Shown: positions 1-10,436, numbered from the stretch's first letter. The stretch: 57,352 bases of DNA from Bdellovibrionales bacterium RIFOXYD12_FULL_39_22 (GCA_001770205.1 MEQL01000031.1:62001-119352), one strand, 5' to 3'. The notes: generated by a model not told the origin, from the letters alone. Made by a program: numbers and translations.

Positions 1-2
1 CT

Positions 3-2960
3 GTGTCTCCGGTGGATAATCCCGTTGTTATTTTAAGTACAGAGAGTCAGGGTTTTATTATTTCTGCGTCTGGAAATCCGCCCCTTGATTATGAATGGTC
101 CGTTAATCCTGGTGGTGTGGTTACTAGTTGTAACGGATTATCCACATGTTCACTAACTGGCGGAGATTTGACTCCAGGTAGTTATGTTTTTACTGCAACG
201 GTTATAGACAATATTGCGCTTACAGATTCGCATGATTTTAATGTGGTTATTAATGATCGGCCAAGTGTTTTGTTTAAATCGCCATCTAATGCAACAACTT
301 TAAAAATGAATTGTGGTGTTAGTAAAAATTTTCAAGTGACAATTGAAGACGATAACTTTGTTGATCCAGGCCAAACGTTCTCAATAGATTGGTTTGTTAA
401 TGGATTGCCAAATAACTCACTTGCGAAAGTTAACGATTTAGGGGTTTATCCAATGACCTCAAGTGCAACTTTTTCTCCCAATTGCTCAAGTGCACTAATT
501 GGAGATCTTGAAATCTCTGTAATTATTTCTGATGGATATGAGGCGCAGACGATTACTTGGGATGTTTCAGTAAATTATTTCAGTGAAACATGTAATAATT
601 TAACCGAACGAACGGCATGTACTTTGGTTGGAATGTTAGGTTTAGGCAGTGGCCTTGATGTAGTTGCTGATTATGATCAGATTCGTATGTATCCGGCGAA
701 TATATTACCACATCCAGGAGGTGGTTTTTTTATCTCTGATACTTTCAATCATGTGGTTTGGTTTTACAATAATTCTGGTGTGACAAAAACAGTTATTGGG
801 ACAATTGTGCCAGATGGCCATCTTTCCGTAGTGGCCGGGGTGGGAGGGGCCGGCTCCCTTGCCTCTTCTCAAAATGCGCTAGATTTTTATTTGAATACTC
901 CCAGTGGCCTGGCCTATCATAGTGTTACCGGAGATCTTTACGTTGCAGATTATTCCAATAATCGAATTGTAAAATTTGATTCAGCTGGACTGGGTACTAT
1001 TTTTGCTGGTGGAGGGGCCAGCAATGTTGATGGAGCTGCAAGAACTACGCATAAATGTAATAATCCGGAAAATTTAATCTTAGATGAAACTGCTGGGAGA
1101 TTGTTTGTTTCCTGTTATGGTAATAATGTGAACAATGTTGATGGAAGTTTAAAGTATTTTTTTACGGATACAAATACAGGATATACAGCATTACTTTATT
1201 CATTGGCCAATACTGCTGGAACAACAGGATTGGCCGGGACTGCGCGGACCAGACAGCTCTATTCGTTGGCCAAACATCCTTCACAAGATATTATCTTTGC
1301 AGCTGATTTACAGGCGTGTCAGATTATGGCCGTAAGCTATGGTGATACCGGAAGCTATTATGCGGGAGCAGTAAATTTATCAGCGGATAACATGGTACTT
1401 TTAACGCAAAATAGCGCTTGTGGAAACACGCTTAATCGATCCTATAATGACGTGGCGGGTGCCATTAGAACATATGGACTTGCTTTAAAAGTTAATGTGG
1501 GTGTGGTTGAAGGAGTTTTCTTTTCCGGGTTTGGTAGTCATAATGTTGGGCTTTTGAATTTAACTGGAGGCAATTTGTTTGTAGGTGGAAATACTATTGC
1601 CGCAGGAAAATATGATCGAGTATTTGGAACAAGTGTTGCTGATTATGGACGTGGCCGGCCAGCATATACAAGCGCGATGGTAAATTATCCGCTGGGGATA
1701 GATACTAAAAATGGAGTTTTATATATTGCAGATAGAAATAACTTTAAAGTTACGTTAATGGATTATACCGTGGCCAGTGGTACTCCGGCCGATTTAGTAG
1801 GTAATATTGCTCCTTATGGATACGATAGCGAATTGGATAAGTTGGCCAATAAAAGGAGGCTCTATTATCCAGAAGCAATGACTTATGATTTAGATAATCA
1901 TGCTCTATATTTTATGGACTACTCAAATTACAGAATAAGAAAGGTTGATTTAACTACCGGACGAGTGACAACAACTATTGGACGAGGTTCAAATGCAGCT
2001 TCGAATACAAATCCGGAGGAGGCATTATCAGAAGTTAATTTTCAAATGATGAGAGATTTAACGGTGATTGATTCTGGAAATGCCATTCTCTATACAGATA
2101 GTAACACCGGAATTACTGCAAATCTAAATTGTCTGATTCGTGCGTTTAATCAATCGGGATCAGAGCAAACTTATTTTAACCAAACATTTTTATCTGAACG
2201 TGTGTTTACCGTTGCCGGTAATTACGTTGAAGGATGTGGAACGTGGGCAGGACAGGGATATGATGGTGCAAATGCTATTATGATTAGGTTGCGTGATCCG
2301 TACGGATTGGCGGTAATGGATGATATGTCTAATTTTTATGTTAGTAGTAGAAATGATAATTGTATCCATAGAGTAACAACTAATGGAATTATTGATGATG
2401 TTATTGGCCTTTGTGGGGCCGCCGGCGCGGATGTAGACGGCGCATTTGTAGATGCACGAATAAATTCTGCTGGCGATTTGGACATTGATTCAAATGAAAC
2501 TTATCGCGATAATGGAAATTTCTTTTTAGTTGACCGTTCGCTGGCCACAACTTCATATATAAAATATGCTAATTTTAGTGCGGATGTTGTTTCGATAGCA
2601 GGGATTGATATCGCAGCTGGAGAAATTAGAAAAATTTTTTCTACAGACGGATATGTTGGTGGTGTTACTAGTTTTGATGATCAAATTTGTTATACTCAAG
2701 GGGCCGGTTCAACAATTTCTGCTAATGCAAACAATGTTATGTGTTTTAATAGAATTACGGGGATTCAGACATTAAGAGTTGGTAAATCTTCTGCTAGTAC
2801 GGTAAAAGGTAAAACACAATTATATAGTGAACAAGAGGGGGTTTTAGCAGAATCAACAACGTTAAATCGTCCGTGGGGAATAACTTTTGATAGAGACGGT
2901 AACCTTTATATTTCAGAATATGGCGCTAATGTAATTCGATTAATAAAAAAATGGTGGTGA
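3..2960 (+). CDS. Large extracellular Ig-like + NHL-repeat (beta-propeller) protein, 5'-truncated by window edge
   Basis: Repeated NHL motifs (LNTPSGLAY..GDLYVADYSNNRI, VNYPLGID..LYIADRNNFKV, LNRPWGITFDRDGNLYISEYGANVIR) after beta-rich Ig-like segments; the ORF is open at the window start. Confidence 0.85.
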   Translation: MSPVDNPVVILSTESQGFIISASGNPPLDYEWSVNPGGVVTSCNGLSTCSLTGGDLTPGSYVFTATVIDNIALTDSHDFNVVINDRPSVLFKSPSNATTLKMNCGVSKNFQVTIEDDNFVDPGQTFSIDWFVNGLPNNSLAKVNDLGVYPMTSSATFSPNCSSALIGDLEISVIISDGYEAQTITWDVSVNYFSETCNNLTERTACTLVGMLGLGSGLDVVADYDQIRMYPANILPHPGGGFFISDTFNHVVWFYNNSGVTKTVIGTIVPDGHLSVVAGVGGAGSLASSQNALDFYLNTPSGLAYHSVTGDLYVADYSNNRIVKFDSAGLGTIFAGGGASNVDGAARTTHKCNNPENLILDETAGRLFVSCYGNNVNNVDGSLKYFFTDTNTGYTALLYSLANTAGTTGLAGTARTRQLYSLAKHPSQDIIFAADLQACQIMAVSYGDTGSYYAGAVNLSADNMVLLTQNSACGNTLNRSYNDVAGAIRTYGLALKVNVGVVEGVFFSGFGSHNVGLLNLTGGNLFVGGNTIAAGKYDRVFGTSVADYGRGRPAYTSAMVNYPLGIDTKNGVLYIADRNNFKVTLMDYTVASGTPADLVGNIAPYGYDSELDKLANKRRLYYPEAMTYDLDNHALYFMDYSNYRIRKVDLTTGRVTTTIGRGSNAASNTNPEEALSEVNFQMMRDLTVIDSGNAILYTDSNTGITANLNCLIRAFNQSGSEQTYFNQTFLSERVFTVAGNYVEGCGTWAGQGYDGANAIMIRLRDPYGLAVMDDMSNFYVSSRNDNCIHRVTTNGIIDDVIGLCGAAGADVDGAFVDARINSAGDLDIDSNETYRDNGNFFLVDRSLATTSYIKYANFSADVVSIAGIDIAAGEIRKIFSTDGYVGGVTSFDDQICYTQGAGSTISANANNVMCFNRITGIQTLRVGKSSASTVKGKTQLYSEQEGVLAESTTLNRPWGITFDRDGNLYISEYGANVIRLIKKWW

Positions 2961-2969
2961 GTTTATTTT

Positions 2970-3326
2970 ATGACAAGAGTAATAAAAAAAATATTAGTAA
3001 TTGATGATGAGGAAGATGTTTTGATAATTGTTGAGGATATGTTGTTGCAGAATAATTTTCAGGTAGTAACGGCCACTTCTTTGGCGATGGCCAAAGAAGT
3101 TCTAATAAAAGACCAAGATATTTCCTTGGTTGTTTCCGATATTAATTTGGGGTCTTTCTCTGGAATTGATTTTTATAAAGAATTAAAGAAAGAGGGGATT
3201 TGTGCAATTCCATTTATATTTATGTCGGGATACGTTGATTCACAGGTCCTTAAAATAGACGACTGCCGATTGATAACGAAGCCATTTTCGGTAGAAGACA
3301 TTCTTGCGGCAATCAGGAGCTTGTAG
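2970..3326 (+). CDS. Single-domain response regulator (receiver)
   Basis: ILVIDDE, VVSDINL (phospho-Asp), FMSG, KPF. Confidence 0.9.
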   Translation: MTRVIKKILVIDDEEDVLIIVEDMLLQNNFQVVTATSLAMAKEVLIKDQDISLVVSDINLGSFSGIDFYKELKKEGICAIPFIFMSGYVDSQVLKIDDCRLITKPFSVEDILAAIRSL

Positions 3327-3339
3327 GAGATAAGTTATT

Positions 3340-5106
3340 TTAAGCGGCCTCTTTATCGTTGTCGTTTTTTTCGTTTGTTTCAGTGGCCTTAGCAACTTTT
3401 TCAATACCGGCAATCAATTTATCATCGTTATCCGAAGCTATGTTTTTGCCAAGTGCTTGCTTTTTATTTTCGCTGTCCAGAATGTTCTTGTAGGTGACTG
3501 CCATACTGTTTCGGATTGCCACTTGGGCCGTGATGTCAATTTTTCCATTATCAATATTTCGTAAATGACTGGAAAGGAGATAAGCTTTTTTACTATCTAA
3601 TCGTTCTATTATTTTGTTTCTAAGTTCATGTGAAGTATTAAATAAAACAATGGCCCAGTCTTTAATGGAATAAATACCAATTATTTGTTGTAATAGATGC
3701 GGTTCTCCATCAAAAACTTTATAAAAAGGGGGACGAATTTGTGTAAGAAATGAATCATCAGGCAAAGTTAAGTATATGTCTCTTTCAACCTCAACTTTAG
3801 CACATTGAATATACTCAATAAGGTCCTTATCTTTATGATATTGGGCCAGAGAGCTAATATCAAAACGTGGCTTTTCTCGCATTGCAAGTCTGAAAATTTC
3901 TTTGGCCTTTTCATCTAAAAGGGTAAAATTTTTTTTGTCTTGAGTTAAGAGTATTCCCCATGCCCCCGGATATATCTTCCTGGCCAGTGGAATACCGAAA
4001 GATTTTGGCATATCAAAAAGAATAGCAAAAACTTCATCTTGCTTGAACTGTTTTAAAAAATCAGGAGCCTTGTCACTTAATCTCCAAATTTGAGTCAATA
4101 ATGATCCCCAAATTCCTGGCGCGACGTTTTCTCGTATGCGAAGTAGGCGATCAAGAAGTTGAATACATCCATCGTCTAAACTTCCAGGTTCGCTAAAAAC
4201 AGTATACCATACATTGTTCACACCCAGCGAAAAGATTTTACGCTGGTATTCTATGGGAAATTCATAGAACAAGGCCCCTAGTGATTGAGGAGTTGTTTCT
4301 GCCATTTTGGCGAAAAGAATCATATCACTCAAAGTTGGAAAATTTTTATCTCTAATTAAATCTTGAATTTTTATATTGGCAATTTCTTTGAGCTTTATCG
4401 GATCTCGTAGATGAATATCTCCTGCCGCCATGCCCGGATTATTTGAAGTGGATCTATTGGTTGCATTTACGGGTGACGGCATGTCCATCGCAGAAGAGCG
4501 TGCCCCTCCCTCATTGCCGGGAGTAGTGTAATTAGAATTGATTGTGCGAAGAGATTTTTTGAAAAAAATAGTGAAGAATATGGCCGAAAATAAAATGGTT
4601 GCTGCAAGAATGAGTTCGCCGGGTATTTTATCAAAGATGCTTTCATTGCTGCTTGTCTGCCATGTTTTTTGCACTACCTCCATTTCATCTCGAACAGGAA
4701 CTAATTTGATAAAGGATAAAAGCTCCCTTTCGGTGTCTTCTACTTCTTTTATGTTGATACTGCTTGGAATTACAATTTTTACTCTTGCTTTTTTTATTCG
4801 AGGAATTAGATTATAAATGCTAATGTTTTGATCGTCCCATTCATCTATGATTTCTTCGCCTTGAAATTCATAATAGGGAAGGGATTTTTCTCTGGAAGTA
4901 TTGGAGGCAATTCTGCGAAGCGGATCAATTTCGATGGCGACGATGAAGGGTGTGTTGGGAAAGCGGCGTTGTAAAAAACTAGAAGCATCATTAATCAATT
5001 TTTCTTCTACTTCGGCAACACGAGGAAGTTTTTCGCCAGAAACTATTTGTGCGTTGGCCAAAATGGTAAAAAGGAAAACGAATAATCCTAAAAAATAATA
5101 CTTCAT
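3340..5106 (-). CDS. Signal peptide + FliF RBM3-like periplasmic domain + TM + cytoplasmic FliG-like region (putative FliF-FliG fusion)
   Basis: N-terminal signal peptide; IKKARVKIVI..RDEMEVV resembles FliF_C; TM LILAATILFSAIFFTIFF; WAIVLFNTSHELRNKIIERLDSKKAYLL resembles FliG_C; directly downstream of motB. Confidence 0.6.
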   Translation of the reverse strand: MKYYFLGLFVFLFTILANAQIVSGEKLPRVAEVEEKLINDASSFLQRRFPNTPFIVAIEIDPLRRIASNTSREKSLPYYEFQGEEIIDEWDDQNISIYNLIPRIKKARVKIVIPSSINIKEVEDTERELLSFIKLVPVRDEMEVVQKTWQTSSNESIFDKIPGELILAATILFSAIFFTIFFKKSLRTINSNYTTPGNEGGARSSAMDMPSPVNATNRSTSNNPGMAAGDIHLRDPIKLKEIANIKIQDLIRDKNFPTLSDMILFAKMAETTPQSLGALFYEFPIEYQRKIFSLGVNNVWYTVFSEPGSLDDGCIQLLDRLLRIRENVAPGIWGSLLTQIWRLSDKAPDFLKQFKQDEVFAILFDMPKSFGIPLARKIYPGAWGILLTQDKKNFTLLDEKAKEIFRLAMREKPRFDISSLAQYHKDKDLIEYIQCAKVEVERDIYLTLPDDSFLTQIRPPFYKVFDGEPHLLQQIIGIYSIKDWAIVLFNTSHELRNKIIERLDSKKAYLLSSHLRNIDNGKIDITAQVAIRNSMAVTYKNILDSENKKQALGKNIASDNDDKLIAGIEKVAKATETNEKNDNDKEAA

Positions 5107-5108
5107 AT

Positions 5109-5822
5109 TTAATCCTTCTGTGTGTCTGGGCCAATTACTAATAATATTTTACGATCAAAAGCATCCCACTTTTCCTTAATTGCAGGATCTGTTGACAATT
5201 CTCGTGAGGCAATAGTTCGTTGTATTGCTTTACTGACGCCGTGGCCGGCCAGTTGCATGCGATCAAGCGGAATTCCTGCCAATTGAAATACCCGCATGGT
5301 GGCAATTGAGCGGAGTGCAGATAGTTCCAGGTTATCTTTGAAGCGCCTATTTTCCTTGTACATAACTTTTTTGTTATCAGTGAATGCACGAATGGAAAGA
5401 ATATATTGTCCTGCGAAAGGCAAATAGATGTTAGCAAATTTAGCAAGTAATACGGAAACATCCTTTTTTGGATCAATTCCGCCTATTTCAAAAAAAGAGA
5501 TGTTGGGAAATTCAACAATGATTTGTTCGTCGACATTATGAATTTTTGTATTCAATTCTTTGAGTTCTGCTTTTATTTCGGGATTTATTTTATTACCGAG
5601 TGAAAGTTGCCCCTTAGGATATAGTTCGACACTGTTTAGATCTCGTAAGTTCATCATTAAGGTTTGATTGAGCTGTGCTGTTTTGTTGGCCTCAAAATCG
5701 ACGGTAAAAAACAAGACAAAAAAACTTAGAAGTAGCGTAATCATGTCCCCATAGCTAACGGCCCAGGAACCATCAGTATCAACATATTCATTATCTTGTA
5801 TCTGCTTTTTATTTTTTATCAT
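5109..5822 (-). CDS. motB: MotB-family stator subunit (OmpA-like peptidoglycan-binding domain)
   Basis: WAVSYGDMITLLLSFFVLFF with the conserved Asp; FTDN..NLELSALRS OmpA-like motif. Confidence 0.85.
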   Translation of the reverse strand: MIKNKKQIQDNEYVDTDGSWAVSYGDMITLLLSFFVLFFTVDFEANKTAQLNQTLMMNLRDLNSVELYPKGQLSLGNKINPEIKAELKELNTKIHNVDEQIIVEFPNISFFEIGGIDPKKDVSVLLAKFANIYLPFAGQYILSIRAFTDNKKVMYKENRRFKDNLELSALRSIATMRVFQLAGIPLDRMQLAGHGVSKAIQRTIASRELSTDPAIKEKWDAFDRKILLVIGPDTQKD

Positions 5823-6616
5823 GCGGCCAGCTCTTCGTTGATGCCTGTTTCTTGAGTTGTTATTATGTTTATTTGATCCTCCTCTTCTAAAAATGAGTTA
5901 AGTTGTTCTTGGGCCTCAAGAAGATTTGTATTATCGGCCAGAAGCATAATTGACTCTATTCCGATACTGGACAGCTCCAAATCATGCTTCATATCTTGAT
6001 GGACTGCTTCTCCTACGGGGTTTACAAAAAGATTAGCAATGATTAACCCATAAAAAGTAGCTACAAGAGCGATGGCCATTCGGATGCCTGTTTCTTTTGG
6101 ACTAACGCCGTCGGAGACTCCTCGCATTAGATGGATGAGCCCCAAGACAGTTCCAGTTAGTCCAAAGGCCGGGGGATATTTAGAAAGTCCACGCAACCAA
6201 TTCGCAACTAGTTCAACTCTTTTCCTGTGAGTTAAAATTCTATCTAGTAACATCTCCTGAACTTTATCTCTATTAAACCCCAAATCCAGAAGCTCAACGC
6301 CATCTTTTAGTATTTTGTTTTCTATCTTTGTTTTATCCAGTTTGGTGATTGTAGAATTATTATGGCCTACGATTTGAATGCAAAGATTTACAAATTCTTT
6401 TTTAGTTTTTTTTACGGCAAAGATAGAACTTAGAAGTGTTTTTAATGCTAAAATTTTCTTCGTTTTAGGAAAGGTTATAATGGCGACGGAAATTGTTCCC
6501 GCCCAGACGACACTAAGTGCAACAAAATCATAATAGTTGCTATAGGTTTGACCCAAGTGTTTTATTGCAAAGAAATACCCGACATTTGCTATGATCAGTC
6601 CGATTAAAAGTCCCAT
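5819..6616 (-). CDS. motA: MotA/TolQ/ExbB-family stator subunit, divergent
   Basis: PAFGLTGTVLGLI and MAIALVATFYGLIIANLFVNP; 4-nt overlap with motB. Confidence 0.85.
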   Translation of the reverse strand: MGLLIGLIIANVGYFFAIKHLGQTYSNYYDFVALSVVWAGTISVAIITFPKTKKILALKTLLSSIFAVKKTKKEFVNLCIQIVGHNNSTITKLDKTKIENKILKDGVELLDLGFNRDKVQEMLLDRILTHRKRVELVANWLRGLSKYPPAFGLTGTVLGLIHLMRGVSDGVSPKETGIRMAIALVATFYGLIIANLFVNPVGEAVHQDMKHDLELSSIGIESIMLLADNTNLLEAQEQLNSFLEEEDQINIITTQETGINEELAA

Positions 6617-6662
6617 AAATCTTTCTCCATCGTTATAAAAAAAACCAGTTGATCCGTCGCAT

Positions 6663-6689
6663 GTTTCGGTATCGGGGAATGAAATCTTA
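6663..6689 (-). promoter_or_regulatory. Possible sigma28 (FliA) promoter of the motA-motB-fliFG operon
   Basis: Minus strand TAAGATTT-N11-ACCGAAAC versus consensus TAAAGTTT-N11-GCCGATAA. Confidence 0.4.
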
Positions 6690-6927
6690 AGGATATTCCC
6701 TTTAATTTATTTAATTAAAACAAACCAAACTTGTCAGGCTTGTTCCTGAGTATTTTATTAATTCATAAGAATTTGATTAACTTAATTTGAAATTAAAATC
6801 TCCGAGTTATTTGGTTTGTGGCAATCTTCAAAATTACGTTCTTGCATAATCCGTCACTTAGAGGGGATAATATAAATGAACTTGTGAAAAAATATATCAT
6901 CACCAGAATGTTTGTGAGAGAGTCAAA

Positions 6928-8280
6928 ATGGGATTACTTAAATCCAAAAAAATCTTATTTATTGATAATTTTTGCTTTGATCGTGACATTATACTTACGG
7001 TCATTGAATCACAATTTGAAAATCAAATAGTAGAAGTTGATAGCGGGGAAGAGGCAATAAAAATTTTAACAAATGACTCTGAGTTTGCTCTCATCATTTG
7101 TGATTTCGGATTTAGTGATGCTGGCGAAAATGCTTTTTACTCATTTTTAAAGAAACAGGGAAATAAAGTTTCTGTGATTTTGATCAATAATAGTGATATC
7201 GGAAACTATTCAGAATTTTCTAATTTCTATAAAGACAACGCATTAAATGACTCCTTTAGTCGTCCAATTATGGAAAGAGATATTATCGACAAAGTTACTC
7301 TTGCCCTTGGATTAAATGTTTCTGCAGAGGCTGGTGCTAAAAAATATTTTAAAGTCAATATTGCCAGATTCATCGAGGTTAATAGCAATAAAATGGATAT
7401 CTTTATCAAATTATCGGAGGATAAATTCATAAAGGTAGTTGATAAAAACAATGAATATGACAAAGGAGCAATTGCAAAATATTTAAATAGAAATATTACC
7501 TTCTTCTATTTAACCAACGAGGGACTTGTTAGTTATTTGGCTCAGGTTGCCGCATATTCAGCGGCCGGAGCTATTGGGCAATTGGATATTGATATGGATT
7601 TGCAACTTACTTCGGTTGAGCAGATTCACGAATGTGTTCAGGCCCTTGGAATTAATGAGAGTACAGTCAAATTGGCCACAAGCGTAGTTGCCCTTGCGCT
7701 TGTTACTATCGAGAGTAATAAAAAGTTGGAGTATGTTTATAAACTTTTAAAATCAGGAACGAATTATATTTCTTTGCATGCACAGCTAACTTCTTATATC
7801 GCTTGTTCACTTGCAAGTAAGATGGAGTGGGGAACAACTCCTGTTTTGAATAGCCTAACCTTTGCTGCGCTTTTTCAGAATATTTCACTAAGCAACTCAA
7901 AGCATGCAATGATTCAAAATATAGACAGTGACACTTTTAAAAATATTTCGGAAGATGAACAGAGACTGATTAGAAATCATGTGTTTAAATCGGTAGAAAT
8001 GCTACAAGATTTGCCCAAATTTAATGAAGATGCTCATAAGGCAATAATTAATCATCATGAACGGCCCAACGGAAAAGGTTTTCCGCGCGGTTTGATGGCC
8101 GCACAGATTCCACCGCTGTGCTGTGTTTTTATTTTGGCATCACAATTTGCGCATGAACTAATTGTAAGAGGATCTTCTCGAGATAAAATCCAGTCGATTA
8201 TTAATGATTTTGAAAAAATATATAGTCATGGAAACTTTGATCGACCATTTTATGAATTCAAAAAAATGTTCTATGAATGA
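6928..8280 (+). CDS. REC + HD-GYP-like protein with degenerate HD site
   Basis: N-terminal receiver fold; HHERPNGKGFP present, but ALFQNIS replaces LLHDIGK. Confidence 0.8.
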   Translation: MGLLKSKKILFIDNFCFDRDIILTVIESQFENQIVEVDSGEEAIKILTNDSEFALIICDFGFSDAGENAFYSFLKKQGNKVSVILINNSDIGNYSEFSNFYKDNALNDSFSRPIMERDIIDKVTLALGLNVSAEAGAKKYFKVNIARFIEVNSNKMDIFIKLSEDKFIKVVDKNNEYDKGAIAKYLNRNITFFYLTNEGLVSYLAQVAAYSAAGAIGQLDIDMDLQLTSVEQIHECVQALGINESTVKLATSVVALALVTIESNKKLEYVYKLLKSGTNYISLHAQLTSYIACSLASKMEWGTTPVLNSLTFAALFQNISLSNSKHAMIQNIDSDTFKNISEDEQRLIRNHVFKSVEMLQDLPKFNEDAHKAIINHHERPNGKGFPRGLMAAQIPPLCCVFILASQFAHELIVRGSSRDKIQSIINDFEKIYSHGNFDRPFYEFKKMFYE

Positions 8281-8325
8281 AAAAGTTCTATTGCTAATGA
8301 TCGAGCGGTGATTACAACATAAAGG

Positions 8326-10332
8326 TTACTCAATGATTGCTATCGAGGCCGGTGTTCGCTCACTAGTTTCTCTACGATAGTTATCAACAATCCCCAGGCC
8401 ATCAAAGGTTCCTTCGCTGAAGTAATTTACAAAACTGCCATGATTGTTGGCCTGGACTCCATTAACAGAACCATTAAAAAAAACATTATTAGCTCCAAAA
8501 AGTTTTTTTAGCAATTCTTTCGAATCGCTTGTCTTATTGAAGGAGATAAGAAAATTCTTTAGAGGAAAGAGTGCTATCTCATGATATTTTTTAATGTAAC
8601 TAACATATTTTCGATAATCATCGCGTACATTATCAAAGCACTTGTGGGCACGGGCCTTGCTTATAAATTGATACCAGCGATAATCGTGATCGAGATGACA
8701 GGCAACAGAAATAATTTCTTCGGCATTATCGCTGGAGAGTTTATTAAAATGAATCATTCCATCGCGATTGATTCTGGCAACAGTGGCCAGGCGAAGTGGC
8801 CCGACTAATTTTTCTTGGTCGATAGAGCTTATAACTTCCGGGGAAATAGTTGTAAATTTCTTGGCAAAAGCAACGGCGTAATCTTTATAGCGTTCATAAA
8901 TTATCCCGGTGGTTTTATAAGTTTGAAATTCATTACTAATTGTTAAAGACAGTTTGTCCTCAGAATCGACAACGGGGCCACCATCGCGTATTTGACGAAT
9001 ATCTGCATACTCCATTTGAATATTTCTAATGCGCGAAATTTTATGCCGGAGAAAAAGTTCACCACCTAAGAAGTTTTTTGAGAAACCATTAAGAATGGTT
9101 TCCAAAGTTCCATCTACATATTTTACGCTTTCATAATATAATTTAAAAAAAGTTTTTGCGATGCCGTTTTTGCTAATTACAATTTGCTCACTGCTTTTTT
9201 GCCCCTGTGCCCCCCAGAAAAAGAGACGAAATTTGGATTGTTGATTTTCGCTTTCTCGCTCTTCTTGTGAGACAAGATAGTCTGCAATGGCCGAAGAACT
9301 CACACTATTTAGCGAGAGAAGATCGGTTATGGTATTAGAAAGTTTTTCATTTGATTCTAAATTTTCCAGATCTTCGCTGGTAAAGCTCAGAAATGTCTGA
9401 GTTCCATGTAAGTAGCTATAGGAGTACTCGTAAGAAAGAATAGTTAGTCGTAGTAGATTGTAAAAGTCTACTTCAAAAGAAATGTCAGCGTTGACGATTT
9501 TCTCTGCAACTTTTTCCACTGACAGGCGTAGTATTTCACCTTCGGCCGGATTGTCTTCGGGGCCTAGTGCTTGAATGGATACTGAAGACAATTTTTTCTT
9601 ATGAACTAATATTCCGGCCACCACATCAATTCCAGATCCTAAAGGGGCCATGGCGCCACTTCCTGCACGGGTGCAGATAAAATCCTCTTTGACGATGTAG
9701 TCATACTCATCAAGATAAAGAATCTCTTCTGTGCTAAATTTAGTAAAGGACATAAAGAGTTTATTAAAATCCTGCGTTAACCCATCTTCATAACTACTAG
9801 CAACGTGAATATAGCGATATTCGCGCTTAAAAGTTATTCCAGCAAAGGCCAAAAGTGTTGAGCGCGAAATGTCGATTACTCCCTCCTCTTTCAAATTGCT
9901 AAGATAGGAAAAAGCATCAACATTTAAAATAAAGCGATCGGTAACGAGCCATCTGTTATCGTCAAATAGATCAGGCGCAAGAGAGCGATCTATTCCGATA
10001 TTGATGCTACCCATGGGCCTTTGCCAGCTAAAACCCGAGCCGTTATATTTTCCCAGATTGAATTCATAATTTTTTTTCAAAACAGAGGCGGCCTGTTGAC
10101 TGCCAATTTCTTCGTAGCGCGGATAGAGATACTCAAAAATATTTTCAAACACACTTTTGTGCTGCTCTAGTGAAGCAGGCGGCATTTGCTCTTTGCTTTT
10201 TGTATTAGTGCTAGCGTTTTGTAATTTAAAATTGGTAAAAGAGATCTCTTCTGCGGAAGAGCAGTTGGAGAGAAAAAGTATTATAACAACTAAAATGGCC
10301 AGGATACTGCCGTCAGATAGTCGAGAACTCAT
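8326..10332 (-). CDS. Hypothetical secreted/lipoprotein, 668 aa
   Basis: Long ORF; hydrophobic N-terminus ending LFLSNC; C-terminal RTPAS; strong upstream promoter. Confidence 0.75.
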   Translation of the reverse strand: MSSRLSDGSILAILVVIILFLSNCSSAEEISFTNFKLQNASTNTKSKEQMPPASLEQHKSVFENIFEYLYPRYEEIGSQQAASVLKKNYEFNLGKYNGSGFSWQRPMGSINIGIDRSLAPDLFDDNRWLVTDRFILNVDAFSYLSNLKEEGVIDISRSTLLAFAGITFKREYRYIHVASSYEDGLTQDFNKLFMSFTKFSTEEILYLDEYDYIVKEDFICTRAGSGAMAPLGSGIDVVAGILVHKKKLSSVSIQALGPEDNPAEGEILRLSVEKVAEKIVNADISFEVDFYNLLRLTILSYEYSYSYLHGTQTFLSFTSEDLENLESNEKLSNTITDLLSLNSVSSSAIADYLVSQEERESENQQSKFRLFFWGAQGQKSSEQIVISKNGIAKTFFKLYYESVKYVDGTLETILNGFSKNFLGGELFLRHKISRIRNIQMEYADIRQIRDGGPVVDSEDKLSLTISNEFQTYKTTGIIYERYKDYAVAFAKKFTTISPEVISSIDQEKLVGPLRLATVARINRDGMIHFNKLSSDNAEEIISVACHLDHDYRWYQFISKARAHKCFDNVRDDYRKYVSYIKKYHEIALFPLKNFLISFNKTSDSKELLKKLFGANNVFFNGSVNGVQANNHGSFVNYFSEGTFDGLGIVDNYRRETSERTPASIAIIE

Positions 10333-10436
10333 AGAGGCCCCCGTGATGAAACGATAAATTTTTATCTGGTTGGAGTCTTGGCACGAACTTACATGCTGAG
10401 GGAGGAAACGTCCTGCGTTGCGTCAGAGTCAATATT

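Noticed and set aside
78..86. TTATCCACA DnaA box
   Set aside because: Single copy inside a CDS; no oriC-like cluster
10379..10395. TGGCACG sigma54-like -24 box
   Set aside because: No GC at the required GG-N10 position (reads CA)
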